20,400 nt of DNA from Chloroflexota bacterium (GTDB lineage Bacteria > Chloroflexota > Dehalococcoidia > UBA2979): assembly GCA_027593235.1 (NCBI GenBank), contig JAQCIU010000046.1, positions 1 through 20,400 of the forward strand. Direction: 5' to 3'. Positions 1 through 7,617 of this stretch are shown here, piece by piece. Within the stretch, counting starts at the first letter, position 1. Every line of letters starts with the position of its first letter. The translations under genes were made by a program, and so were the position numbers. The notes below the pieces were generated by a model. The model worked only from the letters and a program-made list of their open reading frames with translations, did not search any database and was not told the DNA's origin.

Positions 1-1518
1 CAGCGGGTCGCCCGCGTCGACCTTCACGCCGGCCTGCACCGGCCCGGCCGGCGCCACGGGTGCCACGGGCGCCACGGGCGCCACGGGTGCCGGCGGGCGG
101 AAGTAGAGCTGCGGCGCGCCACCGAGGTCGGCCGCCAACGCAGCGATGTGGTCATCGAGGAAGCCCGTGTACATCTCGGCGTTCGCGAAGTCGGGGTGCT
201 GTAGCAGCGCCTGGAGCAGCGGGATATTGGTGGAGACGCCCTCGATGCGGAACTCGCAGAGCGCGCGGTAGGTGCGCCGGATGGCATCCGCGAAGTCCGC
301 GGACGACGAAGACACAATCAGCTTCGCGAGTAGCGAGTCGTAGCGCGGGCTCGTGCGGTAGCCGGCGTAGCCGAAGCTATCGACGCGAATGCCACGCCCC
401 GCGGGCGGCTCGAACGCCGTCAGCTCGCCGCCGGAGGGCACGGTCGTGCCGTCCGGGCGCATCGTCTCCATGTTGACCCGCGCCTGGATCGCGAAGCCGC
501 GCGTCGGGACCGACGTGCCGCCCTCGTACCCGAGATCGCGCAGCGACGTCCCGGCCGCAAGGCGGAGCTGGAGCTGCACGAGGTCCACGCCCGTCACCTC
601 CTCGGTGACGGTGTGCTCCACCTGCAGCCGCGCGTTCGCCTCGATGAACGCGAACGGCGAGTGCTCGTCGAGCGCACTCGCGTCCACGAGGAACTCGAAG
701 GTGCCGAGGCTGGCGTAGTTCGTTGCTGTTGCGAGGCGAGTGGCGGCCTCGATGATGCGATCGCGCAACGGCGCGGGAAGGCCGGGCGCGGGCGCGATCT
801 CGACTACCTTCTGGTGGCGGCGCTGAATGCTGCAGTCGCGCTCGCCGAAGTCGACGACGGCGTGGCCGTCACCAGCGACCTGGACCTCGATGTGCCGCGC
901 GTGCGCGACGAACTGCTCGACGTAGAGGTCGCCGTTGCCGAAGGCGGCCTTGGCCTCGGAGCTGGCGCGCGCGTAGGCGTCGTCGATCTCGTCGGCGGCG
1001 TGGACGACGCGGACGCCGCGACCACCGCCGCCGGCGCGGGCCTTGAGGATCATCGAAGCGACACCACGCAGTCCGGCGAAGAAGGCGTGCGCCTCCTCGA
1101 GGGTGGTCGCGTGCGCGGTGCCGGCGAGGATCGGAACGCCGGCCGCCTCAGCCGCCTCGCGCGCGCGGGTCTTGTCGCCGAACAGCTCAAGCAGCTCGGC
1201 GCTCGGGCCGACGAAGGTGATACCGGCATCGGAACAGGCGCGGGCGAGCGCCGGGTTCTCGCTCAGGAAGCCGTAGCCGGGGTGCAGGGCGTCGCAGCCG
1301 GTCGCTCGCGCCGCCTCGATGATCGCGCCCACATCGAGGTAGGCCATCGCGCCCGCGCCGGGGAGCTGGTGCGCCTCGTCGGACTTGCGGGTGTGAAGCG
1401 AGTCGGCGTCATCCTCGGGATAGACAGCGACCGAGGCGATGCCGAGGTCGGCGGCGGCTCGCATGATGCGGATGGCGATCTCGCCGCGGTTGGCGACGAG
1501 CAACTTCTGGATCGACAA
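1..1518 (-). CDS. Biotin-dependent carboxylase, biotin carboxylase domain plus linker (partial, runs off the left edge); probably a single-chain BC-BCCP-CT acyl-CoA carboxylase
   Basis: Absent from the ORF track (no stop in window). Manual translation from TTG at 1518, with GGGAG SD 7 nt upstream, gives MSIQKLLVANRGEIAIRIMRAAADLG...LHPGYGFLSE...KARAGGGGRGVR...ERDCSIQRRHQKVVE...FIEANARLQVEHTVTEE, then a Pro/Ala linker and AGVKVDAGDPL. Confidence 0.92.
   Translation of the reverse strand, partial: MSIQKLLVANRGEIAIRIMRAAADLGIASVAVYPEDDADSLHTRKSDEAHQLPGAGAMAYLDVGAIIEAARATGCDALHPGYGFLSENPALARACSDAGITFVGPSAELLELFGDKTRAREAAEAAGVPILAGTAHATTLEEAHAFFAGLRGVASMILKARAGGGGRGVRVVHAADEIDDAYARASSEAKAAFGNGDLYVEQFVAHARHIEVQVAGDGHAVVDFGERDCSIQRRHQKVVEIAPAPGLPAPLRDRIIEAATRLATATNYASLGTFEFLVDASALDEHSPFAFIEANARLQVEHTVTEEVTGVDLVQLQLRLAAGTSLRDLGYEGGTSVPTRGFAIQARVNMETMRPDGTTVPSGGELTAFEPPAGRGIRVDSFGYAGYRTSPRYDSLLAKLIVSSSSADFADAIRRTYRALCEFRIEGVSTNIPLLQALLQHPDFANAEMYTGFLDDHIAALAADLGGAPQLYFRPPAPVAPVAPVAPVAPAGPVQAGVKVDAGDPL
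53..91 (-). repeat. In-frame 9-bp tandem repeat (GCCACGGGY x4 on the + strand) encoding an (Ala-Pro-Val)4 linker
   Basis: Units at 53-61, 62-70, 71-79 and 80-88; minus-strand translation is PPAPVAPVAPVAPVAPAGP. Confidence 0.9.
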
Positions 1519-1704
1519 CGGCGTACTCCCTCAGAGCACGCTGAAGTTATGGAATCGCCCTCGTTTGCGCGAACGCGGACCAACGGGTCTGTGTCACAGA
1601 GCCTCACACGATCGTCAAGCTCGTGGACCCTCGCAGGCACTAGTGTCGCGTACGCAATGGACCGGCGGACTCCGCATGGCGCCCGCCCGATCGGACGGGG
1701 GGTC

Positions 1705-2397
1705 ATGGTGAACGACGGTGTTGGTCCCATGGAGGTGCCGAACGACCTCCTGGCCGCTGAGATCCGATCGTTACGCGAGCGACTGTTCGCCGCTACCCAG
1801 GCGCACGACTGGATCCTCATTCGGTCGCGAGCGAAGGACCTGTCAGCGCTGGCAGCGGAGGTCGTTCAAGATGGCGCGCCTGAGGGGGAAGCCGTCTCCA
1901 CCGAGACTCGGCAGGCGGCCCAGCAAGCCCTCGAAGAGGCGAAGCGGCTGGCAGCCGCTGCCGAAAGTCGTCTCGCGGCACTCGGTGCGGACAGCGAAGG
2001 CGTTCTCGAGGAAGTCCGCGAACAGTTTCGAGTGTGGAGGCGGGGCACCCGGAACTACGGAGGCCTGAGCATTCTCGTGCGGCTCTCACTCCTATCGTCC
2101 ACCGCGATCGTCGCGGGCACGACGAACATCGAGGGCGACCCCGGCAACAACATCCTTCAGTCGCTCGTCGACTGGACGCCGCTCTTCGCGATCGCGGCGG
2201 CTGGCTTGACGGCACTCGATACGTGGCTGAAACCGCGAGACAAGTGGCGCGGTTTCATGGAGATGCGGGATCGCGCGAGGGCAATGATGACCCGCCTCAC
2301 GACACTCAGGGATGGGAAGGTCGAGGCCGACGTGCTCGGCTATCTCGACCAGTTGGCAGAGATGCGGACGGAGCACCGCGACCGAAATGTCATCTAG
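1705..2397 (+). CDS. DUF4231/SLATT-like two-TM membrane protein with an N-terminal helical/coiled-coil extension
   Basis: 3' part of ORF 613..2397. ATG 1705 follows a G-rich SD-like run; alternative starts are 1657 and 1729. Two hydrophobic segments (LSILVRLSLLSSTAIVAG; WTPLFAIAAAGLTALDTWL) are followed by KPRDKWRGFMEMRDRARAM, resembling the DUF4231 post-TM helix. Confidence 0.65.
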   Translation: MVNDGVGPMEVPNDLLAAEIRSLRERLFAATQAHDWILIRSRAKDLSALAAEVVQDGAPEGEAVSTETRQAAQQALEEAKRLAAAAESRLAALGADSEGVLEEVREQFRVWRRGTRNYGGLSILVRLSLLSSTAIVAGTTNIEGDPGNNILQSLVDWTPLFAIAAAGLTALDTWLKPRDKWRGFMEMRDRARAMMTRLTTLRDGKVEADVLGYLDQLAEMRTEHRDRNVI

Positions 2398-2419
2398 GAC
2401 GAGCGGAGCTGGCCCCAGC

Positions 2420-2436
2420 GCCGGACGGCATCCGGC
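2420..2436. terminator. Short GC hairpin between convergent genes (possible terminator)
   Basis: GCCGGA-CGGCA-TCCGGC in the 48-bp gap between the stops at 2397 and 2446; no clear U-tract. Confidence 0.3.
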
Positions 2437-2445
2437 CCTTCCCGG

Positions 2446-3555
2446 CTAATCCTCGTTCCAGAGTGCGCGGCGCTTCTGGTAGGTGTCCCATGCGAGATCG
2501 ATGTCGGCGAGGAACTTCGGCAGTTCTTCGAGGCGGAGCGCCTGCGGGCCGTCGACCAGCGCCTCTTCCGGGTTGGGATGGAAGTCGACCAGCACCATGT
2601 TTGCGCCGGCGACGACGCCCTGGGCGGTGACGTGCGCGATGTCGAGGATGCCGTCCGGGGCGACGCTGCGAGCGCCAACCGAGTGCGACGGGTCGATGCA
2701 CACGGGCATGCGCGTGAGGCGCTTGACGACCGGGACGTGGCCGAAGTCGACCATGTTGCGGTGCGGCGTGCCGAAGTCGCTGCGCATCCCGCGCAGGCAG
2801 AAGATCACGTTCGAGTTGCCCTCGCTCGCGAGGTACTCGGCGGCGTTGAGCGAGTCGTTGAGCGTGATGCCGAAGCCGCGCTTCACGAGCGCCGGGTAGA
2901 CGTGCTGGCGACCGATCGCCTTCAGCAGCTCGAAGTTCTGGCTGTTGCGCGTGCCGACCTGGAGGATCACGCCGGTCGGGCGCCCCGCCTTCTCAAGGGC
3001 GTTGTCGATCTCCTCGATGTGGGCCTCGCGGGTGATCTCCATCGAGATCGCCTTGATGCCGTACTGGCCCGCCAGCTCGAAGACGTAGGGGAGGCAGTCG
3101 GCGCCGTGGCCCTGGAACGAGTAGGGATTGGTGCGCGGCTTGTAGGCGCCCATGCGGGTCAGCGTGTGACCGGCGGCCTGCAGCGCCTTCATCATCAGCT
3201 CGACGTTCTTCGGGGTGTCCACCGCGCAGAGGCCGGGAAGCACCCGCAGCGTGTCCTGGCTGAACTCCACGCCGTTGTAGGTGAAGCCGGTCTGTCGCTC
3301 CTTGTCGGCGTGGCGACCGAGGACGCGGTACTCCTCGGAGATGCGGATCGCGCGCTCGACGGCTGGCAATGCGGCCACCTCGTCGAGGTCGACCGCGAGC
3401 GTGTCGCCCAGCAGGTAGATCTCGGTCAGCTTCTGGTGCTCACCCTGGATCGTGTTGACGCTGAGCTGCACACCCGGGAGTTGGTTGAGGTACTCCCAGG
3501 TCCGCTGGTACTCGGGGCTGCTCTCGTCGGTGTTGGGGTGCAGGATCGCGAGCAT
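2446..3555 (-). CDS. aroF: 3-deoxy-7-phosphoheptulonate (DAHP) synthase, class I-beta, with N-terminal regulatory domain
   Basis: Motifs GLCAVD, GAYKPRTNPYSFQG, QVGTRNSQNFELLK, LVKRG, DPSHSVG and DFHPNPEEALVDGPQAL. The roughly 75-aa N-terminal extension resembles the ACT/ferredoxin-like domain of this class. Confidence 0.88.
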   Translation of the reverse strand: MLAILHPNTDESSPEYQRTWEYLNQLPGVQLSVNTIQGEHQKLTEIYLLGDTLAVDLDEVAALPAVERAIRISEEYRVLGRHADKERQTGFTYNGVEFSQDTLRVLPGLCAVDTPKNVELMMKALQAAGHTLTRMGAYKPRTNPYSFQGHGADCLPYVFELAGQYGIKAISMEITREAHIEEIDNALEKAGRPTGVILQVGTRNSQNFELLKAIGRQHVYPALVKRGFGITLNDSLNAAEYLASEGNSNVIFCLRGMRSDFGTPHRNMVDFGHVPVVKRLTRMPVCIDPSHSVGARSVAPDGILDIAHVTAQGVVAGANMVLVDFHPNPEEALVDGPQALRLEELPKFLADIDLAWDTYQKRRALWNED

Positions 3556-3671
3556 GTGCGGCTCTCTCGCTGGAAACGGCTGGGGTGCCCAATCGTACTG
3601 CGCACCGCGCTGAGCGTCCTCGGGGGAGTCCGCACCCCTCGCTCACGGGCGCGGACCGGGTTTGCGAAGGG

Positions 3672-5291
3672 CTACGGCCGGTTCAGATCCTCGACGGCGC
3701 CGTCGATGTAGAGGATCTCGAAGGCACTGGCAACGACCGGTGCGATCCGCGCAAGCTCGATCTCGTAGTCGAGTGCGAGACGCTCCGCGATCGCGAGCAC
3801 AGAGCGGTTCCCATCGGCGAGCGCGAGCGCCGCGGCGATGATCGGACTGACGGGCGTGCCTGCCGGGCGACCAGGCGAGCGAACGACGTGCGAGCGCACG
3901 AACACCCCGGTCTCGAGCACCGGCTCGATGAGCAGCTCCACGCCCGCGGCGACGTGCGGGACCGCACCGGCGACCGTCGGGCGGCTCCGTTCCGCCGAGG
4001 CCTCGCGGGCCTCGCGTTCCGCCTCGGTACTGCGAATCGCCGCGACGAACGCCTCGGGGGCCTCGCCACGATCGAGGACGACGCGCTCGTACCCGGCGGC
4101 CGGCTGTCCGGCGACGGCGTTTACAAACGCCTCGCGAGCGGTCAGGCCCGCCGAGGACGGGTCGAGGCGACGCGCCTCCCAGAAATAGGAGTCGGCGGTG
4201 CGGTTGCTGGAGTAGAAGAGTTTCGCCAACTCCCGGAAGTGGTCGTACTGCTGCCGGTAGAGCCGCTCGTAGATCGGGCGCGACTCGACCGCGAGCTGCT
4301 CGTCCGCGAGCAGTGTCGTGACGTAGGCCGAGGCCAGCACGCCGGCGTTCATCGCGAGGTGTACGCCCGAGGAGAACAGCGGGTCGATGAAGCAGGCGGC
4401 ATCCCCGGCGAGCAGGTACCCGTCGCCAATCAGCGAGGTCGCGACATACGACCAGTCCCGGATCGCGCGCGGCGGACCCTCGAGCCGCGCGTTCGCGAGC
4501 AGCGCCGCCGTTCGAGGAGCGCTTGCGAGGTGTTCGTCGAGGAACGCTCCGAGGTCGCCAGCCTCGATACGGTCGCGCGCCCGCTCCGCGTCGACGACCA
4601 CGCCGACGCTGGCGCGACCGTCGTGGAGCGGGATCGTCCAGCACCACCCGTTCGGGTGCGCCTCCACGAGGATGTTGTTCTCGTCCGGTGACGGGAGCCG
4701 CTCCGCTCCTCGGAAATAGCCGTAGACCGCGAGATTGCGGAAAAAGTCGTCCCACTGCCGCAGACCGAGCGCGTTGGCGACCAGCGCCTGCTGCCCGCTC
4801 GCGTCGACGACGACCTTCGCCGTGGCCTCGGAGCGGGTGCCGTTGGCACCCTGGAATGCGACGCCGGTGACGCGGTCACCGTCGCGCAGCAACTCCAGCA
4901 CGCGGTGCTCCTCGCGCACGTCCGCGCCGAGGGTGGCGGCGTGGCGGAGCAGAATTTCGTCGAACTGGGCGCGCACCACCTGGTAGGCGTGCGGGTAGGT
5001 GCGGTTGGTCTCCTGGAAGTACCAGCTCCACGGCTCGGGCGAGCTGCCCCAGACCATGGTGGCGCCGTATTTCTTGAGGAAACCGGCATTCTCGACCGCC
5101 TGGCGGATGCCCAGCTCCTCGAGGATCGGCAGCGACGCCGGGAGGAGCGACTCGCCGACGTGCTCGCGCGGAAAGCGCTCGCGCTCGAGGACGAGCACGC
5201 GCGCTCCGCGCTTCGCGAGCAGCCCGGCGGTGGTCGAACCCGCCGGACCGCCGCCGATCACGATCGCATCGAACGCTGCGACGGATGTCAT
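3672..5291 (-). CDS. FAD-dependent halogenase (phenol/pyrrole/acyl-type rather than free-Trp type) with C-terminal PqqD/winged-helix-like domain
   Basis: GGGPAGS FAD motif, FPREHVGESLLP, GFLKKYG (catalytic Lys position), WCWTIP (WxWxIP) and GDAACFIDPLFSSG (Fx.Px.Sx.G signature). Confidence 0.85.
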   Translation of the reverse strand: MTSVAAFDAIVIGGGPAGSTTAGLLAKRGARVLVLERERFPREHVGESLLPASLPILEELGIRQAVENAGFLKKYGATMVWGSSPEPWSWYFQETNRTYPHAYQVVRAQFDEILLRHAATLGADVREEHRVLELLRDGDRVTGVAFQGANGTRSEATAKVVVDASGQQALVANALGLRQWDDFFRNLAVYGYFRGAERLPSPDENNILVEAHPNGWCWTIPLHDGRASVGVVVDAERARDRIEAGDLGAFLDEHLASAPRTAALLANARLEGPPRAIRDWSYVATSLIGDGYLLAGDAACFIDPLFSSGVHLAMNAGVLASAYVTTLLADEQLAVESRPIYERLYRQQYDHFRELAKLFYSSNRTADSYFWEARRLDPSSAGLTAREAFVNAVAGQPAAGYERVVLDRGEAPEAFVAAIRSTEAEREAREASAERSRPTVAGAVPHVAAGVELLIEPVLETGVFVRSHVVRSPGRPAGTPVSPIIAAALALADGNRSVLAIAERLALDYEIELARIAPVVASAFEILYIDGAVEDLNRP

Positions 5292-5312
5292 CGCGGACGT
5301 CGGTGAGCGGTT

Positions 5313-6647
5313 CTAGTCGCCAGCGACTCCCGCTTCCTCGAGCTGCGGGATCGGCTGGTTGGTCATCGTGTCGACCTCGAACGAACTAGGCAGATCGAGT
5401 TCCTTCGCCATTTCCCGCACGGCGGGCAGCACGTCAGAGCCCATCAGCTTCAGGCTGCGCATCGAGTCCTCGTGCGTCATTGCCCCGTCGCCGTCCCAGA
5501 AGAAGATCGTGCCAGGCCGCAGCGTTTCGAGAACGTGTCGGATCTTCGGGAGGACGGATTCCGGCGTGCCGACGATGATCGTCATGTTCTCGAGCTGCGT
5601 GTCGTAGTCGGCCTGCATTGGCGGCGCGGCGGGCTTCGCCGGGGCGCCGTCCTTCTTGTCGGCTGCGTTGTCCGCCGCAACGTCGGCGACGTCCCGACCG
5701 CGCGAGGCGGCGACGAAGCCGACCTCACCCGTCGGCAGCAGGTTCTTGCGGTCGGTCAGACCGGGCAGGTTCTGCAACACGGGCGAAGCCGTGCCGCGCG
5801 AGCCCTCGAGGAAGATGTTGCCGGGACCATCGAGGAACTTCTTGCCGACCTCGTAGGCCAGCTCCTCGGTCTCCTCGACGTGCACCTTGAACAGGTAGCC
5901 GATGTGCTGCGGGCCAGCCTCGTAGCCGTTCTCCCTCGCCACCTCGCGGTAGTAGTCGAACGACAGCTTGGTCGGCTCCAGCCGGGTCGAGAGCATCAGG
6001 TAGGGGTAGCGGTGCTCCGCTGCCCACTTCACAGTGTTCTTGGAGACGACGCCCGGAATCATGATTTGCGGGTGCGGCTGCTGGTACGGGCGCATCCACG
6101 GGTTCACATAGCGGTAGTCGTAGTGCTCGCCTTCCCAGCGGAAGGGACCGTCGGTCGTCCAGGCCTTCACGATGAAGTCGTGGGCTTCCTGGAAGCGCTC
6201 CCAGTTGAACGGCGGCTGCGCGTTGTGGGCGACGCTCTCACGACCGGTCCCGCGGACCCACCCGGTGACGAGGCGGCCGCGCGAAATCATGTCGATGGTC
6301 GCCAGCTCCTCGGCGAGCCAGAGCGGGTCGTCCCAGATCGGCAGCACGTTGCCGTTGAGAACGATCTTCACCTTGTTGGTGATGCGGGCGAGGATCGCCG
6401 CCTCGGTGTTGACGGTGCCACCCATGCAGAACGGCGTGGAGTGGTGCTCGTTGAGCATCACCGCGTCGAAGCCGGCTTCCTCGGCCGCCACCTGCTCATC
6501 GAGGTAGCGGTTGTACAGGTCGGCGCCGAGCCGCGGGTCATACTCGCCGTTGCTGAGCGAGAGGTCCTGGATCGAGCGGCCGGTCGCGCCGAAGTAGCCC
6601 GAACTCGGGTCCTGGTACGGGCGTTCGGTGAAGCGTCCAATCAGCAT
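5313..6647 (-). CDS. LLM-class (luciferase-like) flavin-dependent oxidoreductase/monooxygenase
   Basis: AEEAGFDAVMLNEHH, AEELATIDMISRGRL, PYQQPHPQI and IVGTPESV motifs; SD AAGGGG upstream. Confidence 0.92.
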   Translation of the reverse strand: MLIGRFTERPYQDPSSGYFGATGRSIQDLSLSNGEYDPRLGADLYNRYLDEQVAAEEAGFDAVMLNEHHSTPFCMGGTVNTEAAILARITNKVKIVLNGNVLPIWDDPLWLAEELATIDMISRGRLVTGWVRGTGRESVAHNAQPPFNWERFQEAHDFIVKAWTTDGPFRWEGEHYDYRYVNPWMRPYQQPHPQIMIPGVVSKNTVKWAAEHRYPYLMLSTRLEPTKLSFDYYREVARENGYEAGPQHIGYLFKVHVEETEELAYEVGKKFLDGPGNIFLEGSRGTASPVLQNLPGLTDRKNLLPTGEVGFVAASRGRDVADVAADNAADKKDGAPAKPAAPPMQADYDTQLENMTIIVGTPESVLPKIRHVLETLRPGTIFFWDGDGAMTHEDSMRSLKLMGSDVLPAVREMAKELDLPSSFEVDTMTNQPIPQLEEAGVAGD

Positions 6648-6662
6648 GTTGAATCCCCTTCG

Positions 6663-7454
6663 CTAGACCGCGGCCTGGGCGGCGATCAGTTCGGCGAGCT
6701 GCGCAGGCTGGTCCCACTCAACGAGGTGGCCGGCGTTCGCGACGACCTCGAGCCGTGCGTTCGCGAGACCTTCGACGTACTGGAGACCGGAGTCCCGCGG
6801 AATGATGCGGTCGTTGTCACCCCAGACGACCAGCGTCGGCGTCTTCACCTCGGAGAGGAGGTGCGGCAGCCGGCGGCTGAACATGTACGGGCTCCAGGTC
6901 ACGCGGGCGGTCATGATCCGGCTGAACTCCCAGATGTCTTTGACGTCCGCGTGCAACTCGGAGCCAAAGCGCGCCCCGTAGCCGGCTTCGTCGTTGAAGC
7001 CGCGGCGGACGTACTCCGCGTGCTCGATCAGCATCTGGTCGACGATCTCACCCTCGCGGGGCTTGATGCCGGCGGGGGTCACGAGCACGAGCGACTTCAA
7101 TCGGTCTTCGTTTGCCGTCGCGAGTTCGGCGGCGACGAAGCCGCCGAAGCCGAGACCGACGAGCGTGACGTCGGTGAGATCGAGGCGTTCGAGCAACCTC
7201 GATACGAGGATCGCGAGGTCCCGAGGTTCGCGCGCCCAGTCGGGGCGCTCTGATTCGCCGTAGCCGGGCAGGTCCGGCGTGATGACGCGGAACCGTTCGG
7301 CCAGCTTCTCCTCGAGTGCGTCCCAGCCGAGGGTGCCCGTCGATCGATGGAGCACGACCACCGGAGCGCCGTCCCCGCCTTCACGCAGGTGCAGGTCGAG
7401 CTCGGCCACCGGAATGACTCGTCGTTGGATCGCGATCGCCGTTGCCGTCGTCAC
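6663..7454 (-). CDS. Alpha/beta-hydrolase-fold protein lacking the canonical nucleophile Ser
   Basis: GGDGAPVVVLH, PDLPGYGES, PTLVVWGDNDRII and AGHLV motifs; the nucleophile elbow reads VGLGFGG. GTG start with SD AAAGGCGGTGA. Confidence 0.88.
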   Translation of the reverse strand: MTTATAIAIQRRVIPVAELDLHLREGGDGAPVVVLHRSTGTLGWDALEEKLAERFRVITPDLPGYGESERPDWAREPRDLAILVSRLLERLDLTDVTLVGLGFGGFVAAELATANEDRLKSLVLVTPAGIKPREGEIVDQMLIEHAEYVRRGFNDEAGYGARFGSELHADVKDIWEFSRIMTARVTWSPYMFSRRLPHLLSEVKTPTLVVWGDNDRIIPRDSGLQYVEGLANARLEVVANAGHLVEWDQPAQLAELIAAQAAV

Positions 7455-7505
7455 GTGAGTTCACCGCCTTTCGCGCGGATGTCGCTGAGTCGGTTGAGCT
7501 GGCGC

Positions 7506-7535
7506 GACCGTACTACGGTCCCCCGCGCGCAACAA
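7506..7535 (-). promoter_or_regulatory. Putative sigma70-type promoter (TTGTTG-N17-TACGGT) with a perfect palindrome over the -10
   Basis: -35 at 7535-7530 and -10 at 7512-7507 with a 17-nt spacer; inverted repeat GACCGTA-C-TACGGTC at 7506-7520. Confidence 0.5.
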
Positions 7536-7536
7536 G

Positions 7537-7553
7537 ATCAAACGCGGTCTGTT
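7537..7553. promoter_or_regulatory. Putative operator, shared-motif copy (ATCAAACGCGGTCTGTT)
   Basis: CAAAC-N3-GTCTG adjacent to the putative -35; same motif family as 8883, 11908 and 17342. Confidence 0.5.
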
Positions 7554-7617
7554 TTCCCCACTGCATCCGAGAAGTCAGCATCTCGGGCGGATTCCTGGGC
7601 GCGCCCCGGGCTGTTGA

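Noticed and set aside
613-1704. 5' part of the 594-aa plus-strand ORF 613..2397
   Set aside because: It is antisense to the biotin carboxylase gene and crosses the intergenic region; only the part from about 1705 looks like a real protein.
3610-3646. Possible stem-loop (TGAGCG...CGCTCA) upstream of the DAHP synthase as an attenuator or T-box
   Set aside because: No aromatic-rich leader peptide, T-box motif or U-tract; pairing is short and GC-driven.
7513-7581. 22-aa minus-strand ORF MLTSRMQWGKQTAFDLVARGGP as a halogenase precursor peptide
   Set aside because: The AGGA is poorly spaced, the ORF overlaps the candidate promoter and operators, and it has no leader/core structure. I found no convincing precursor in the window.
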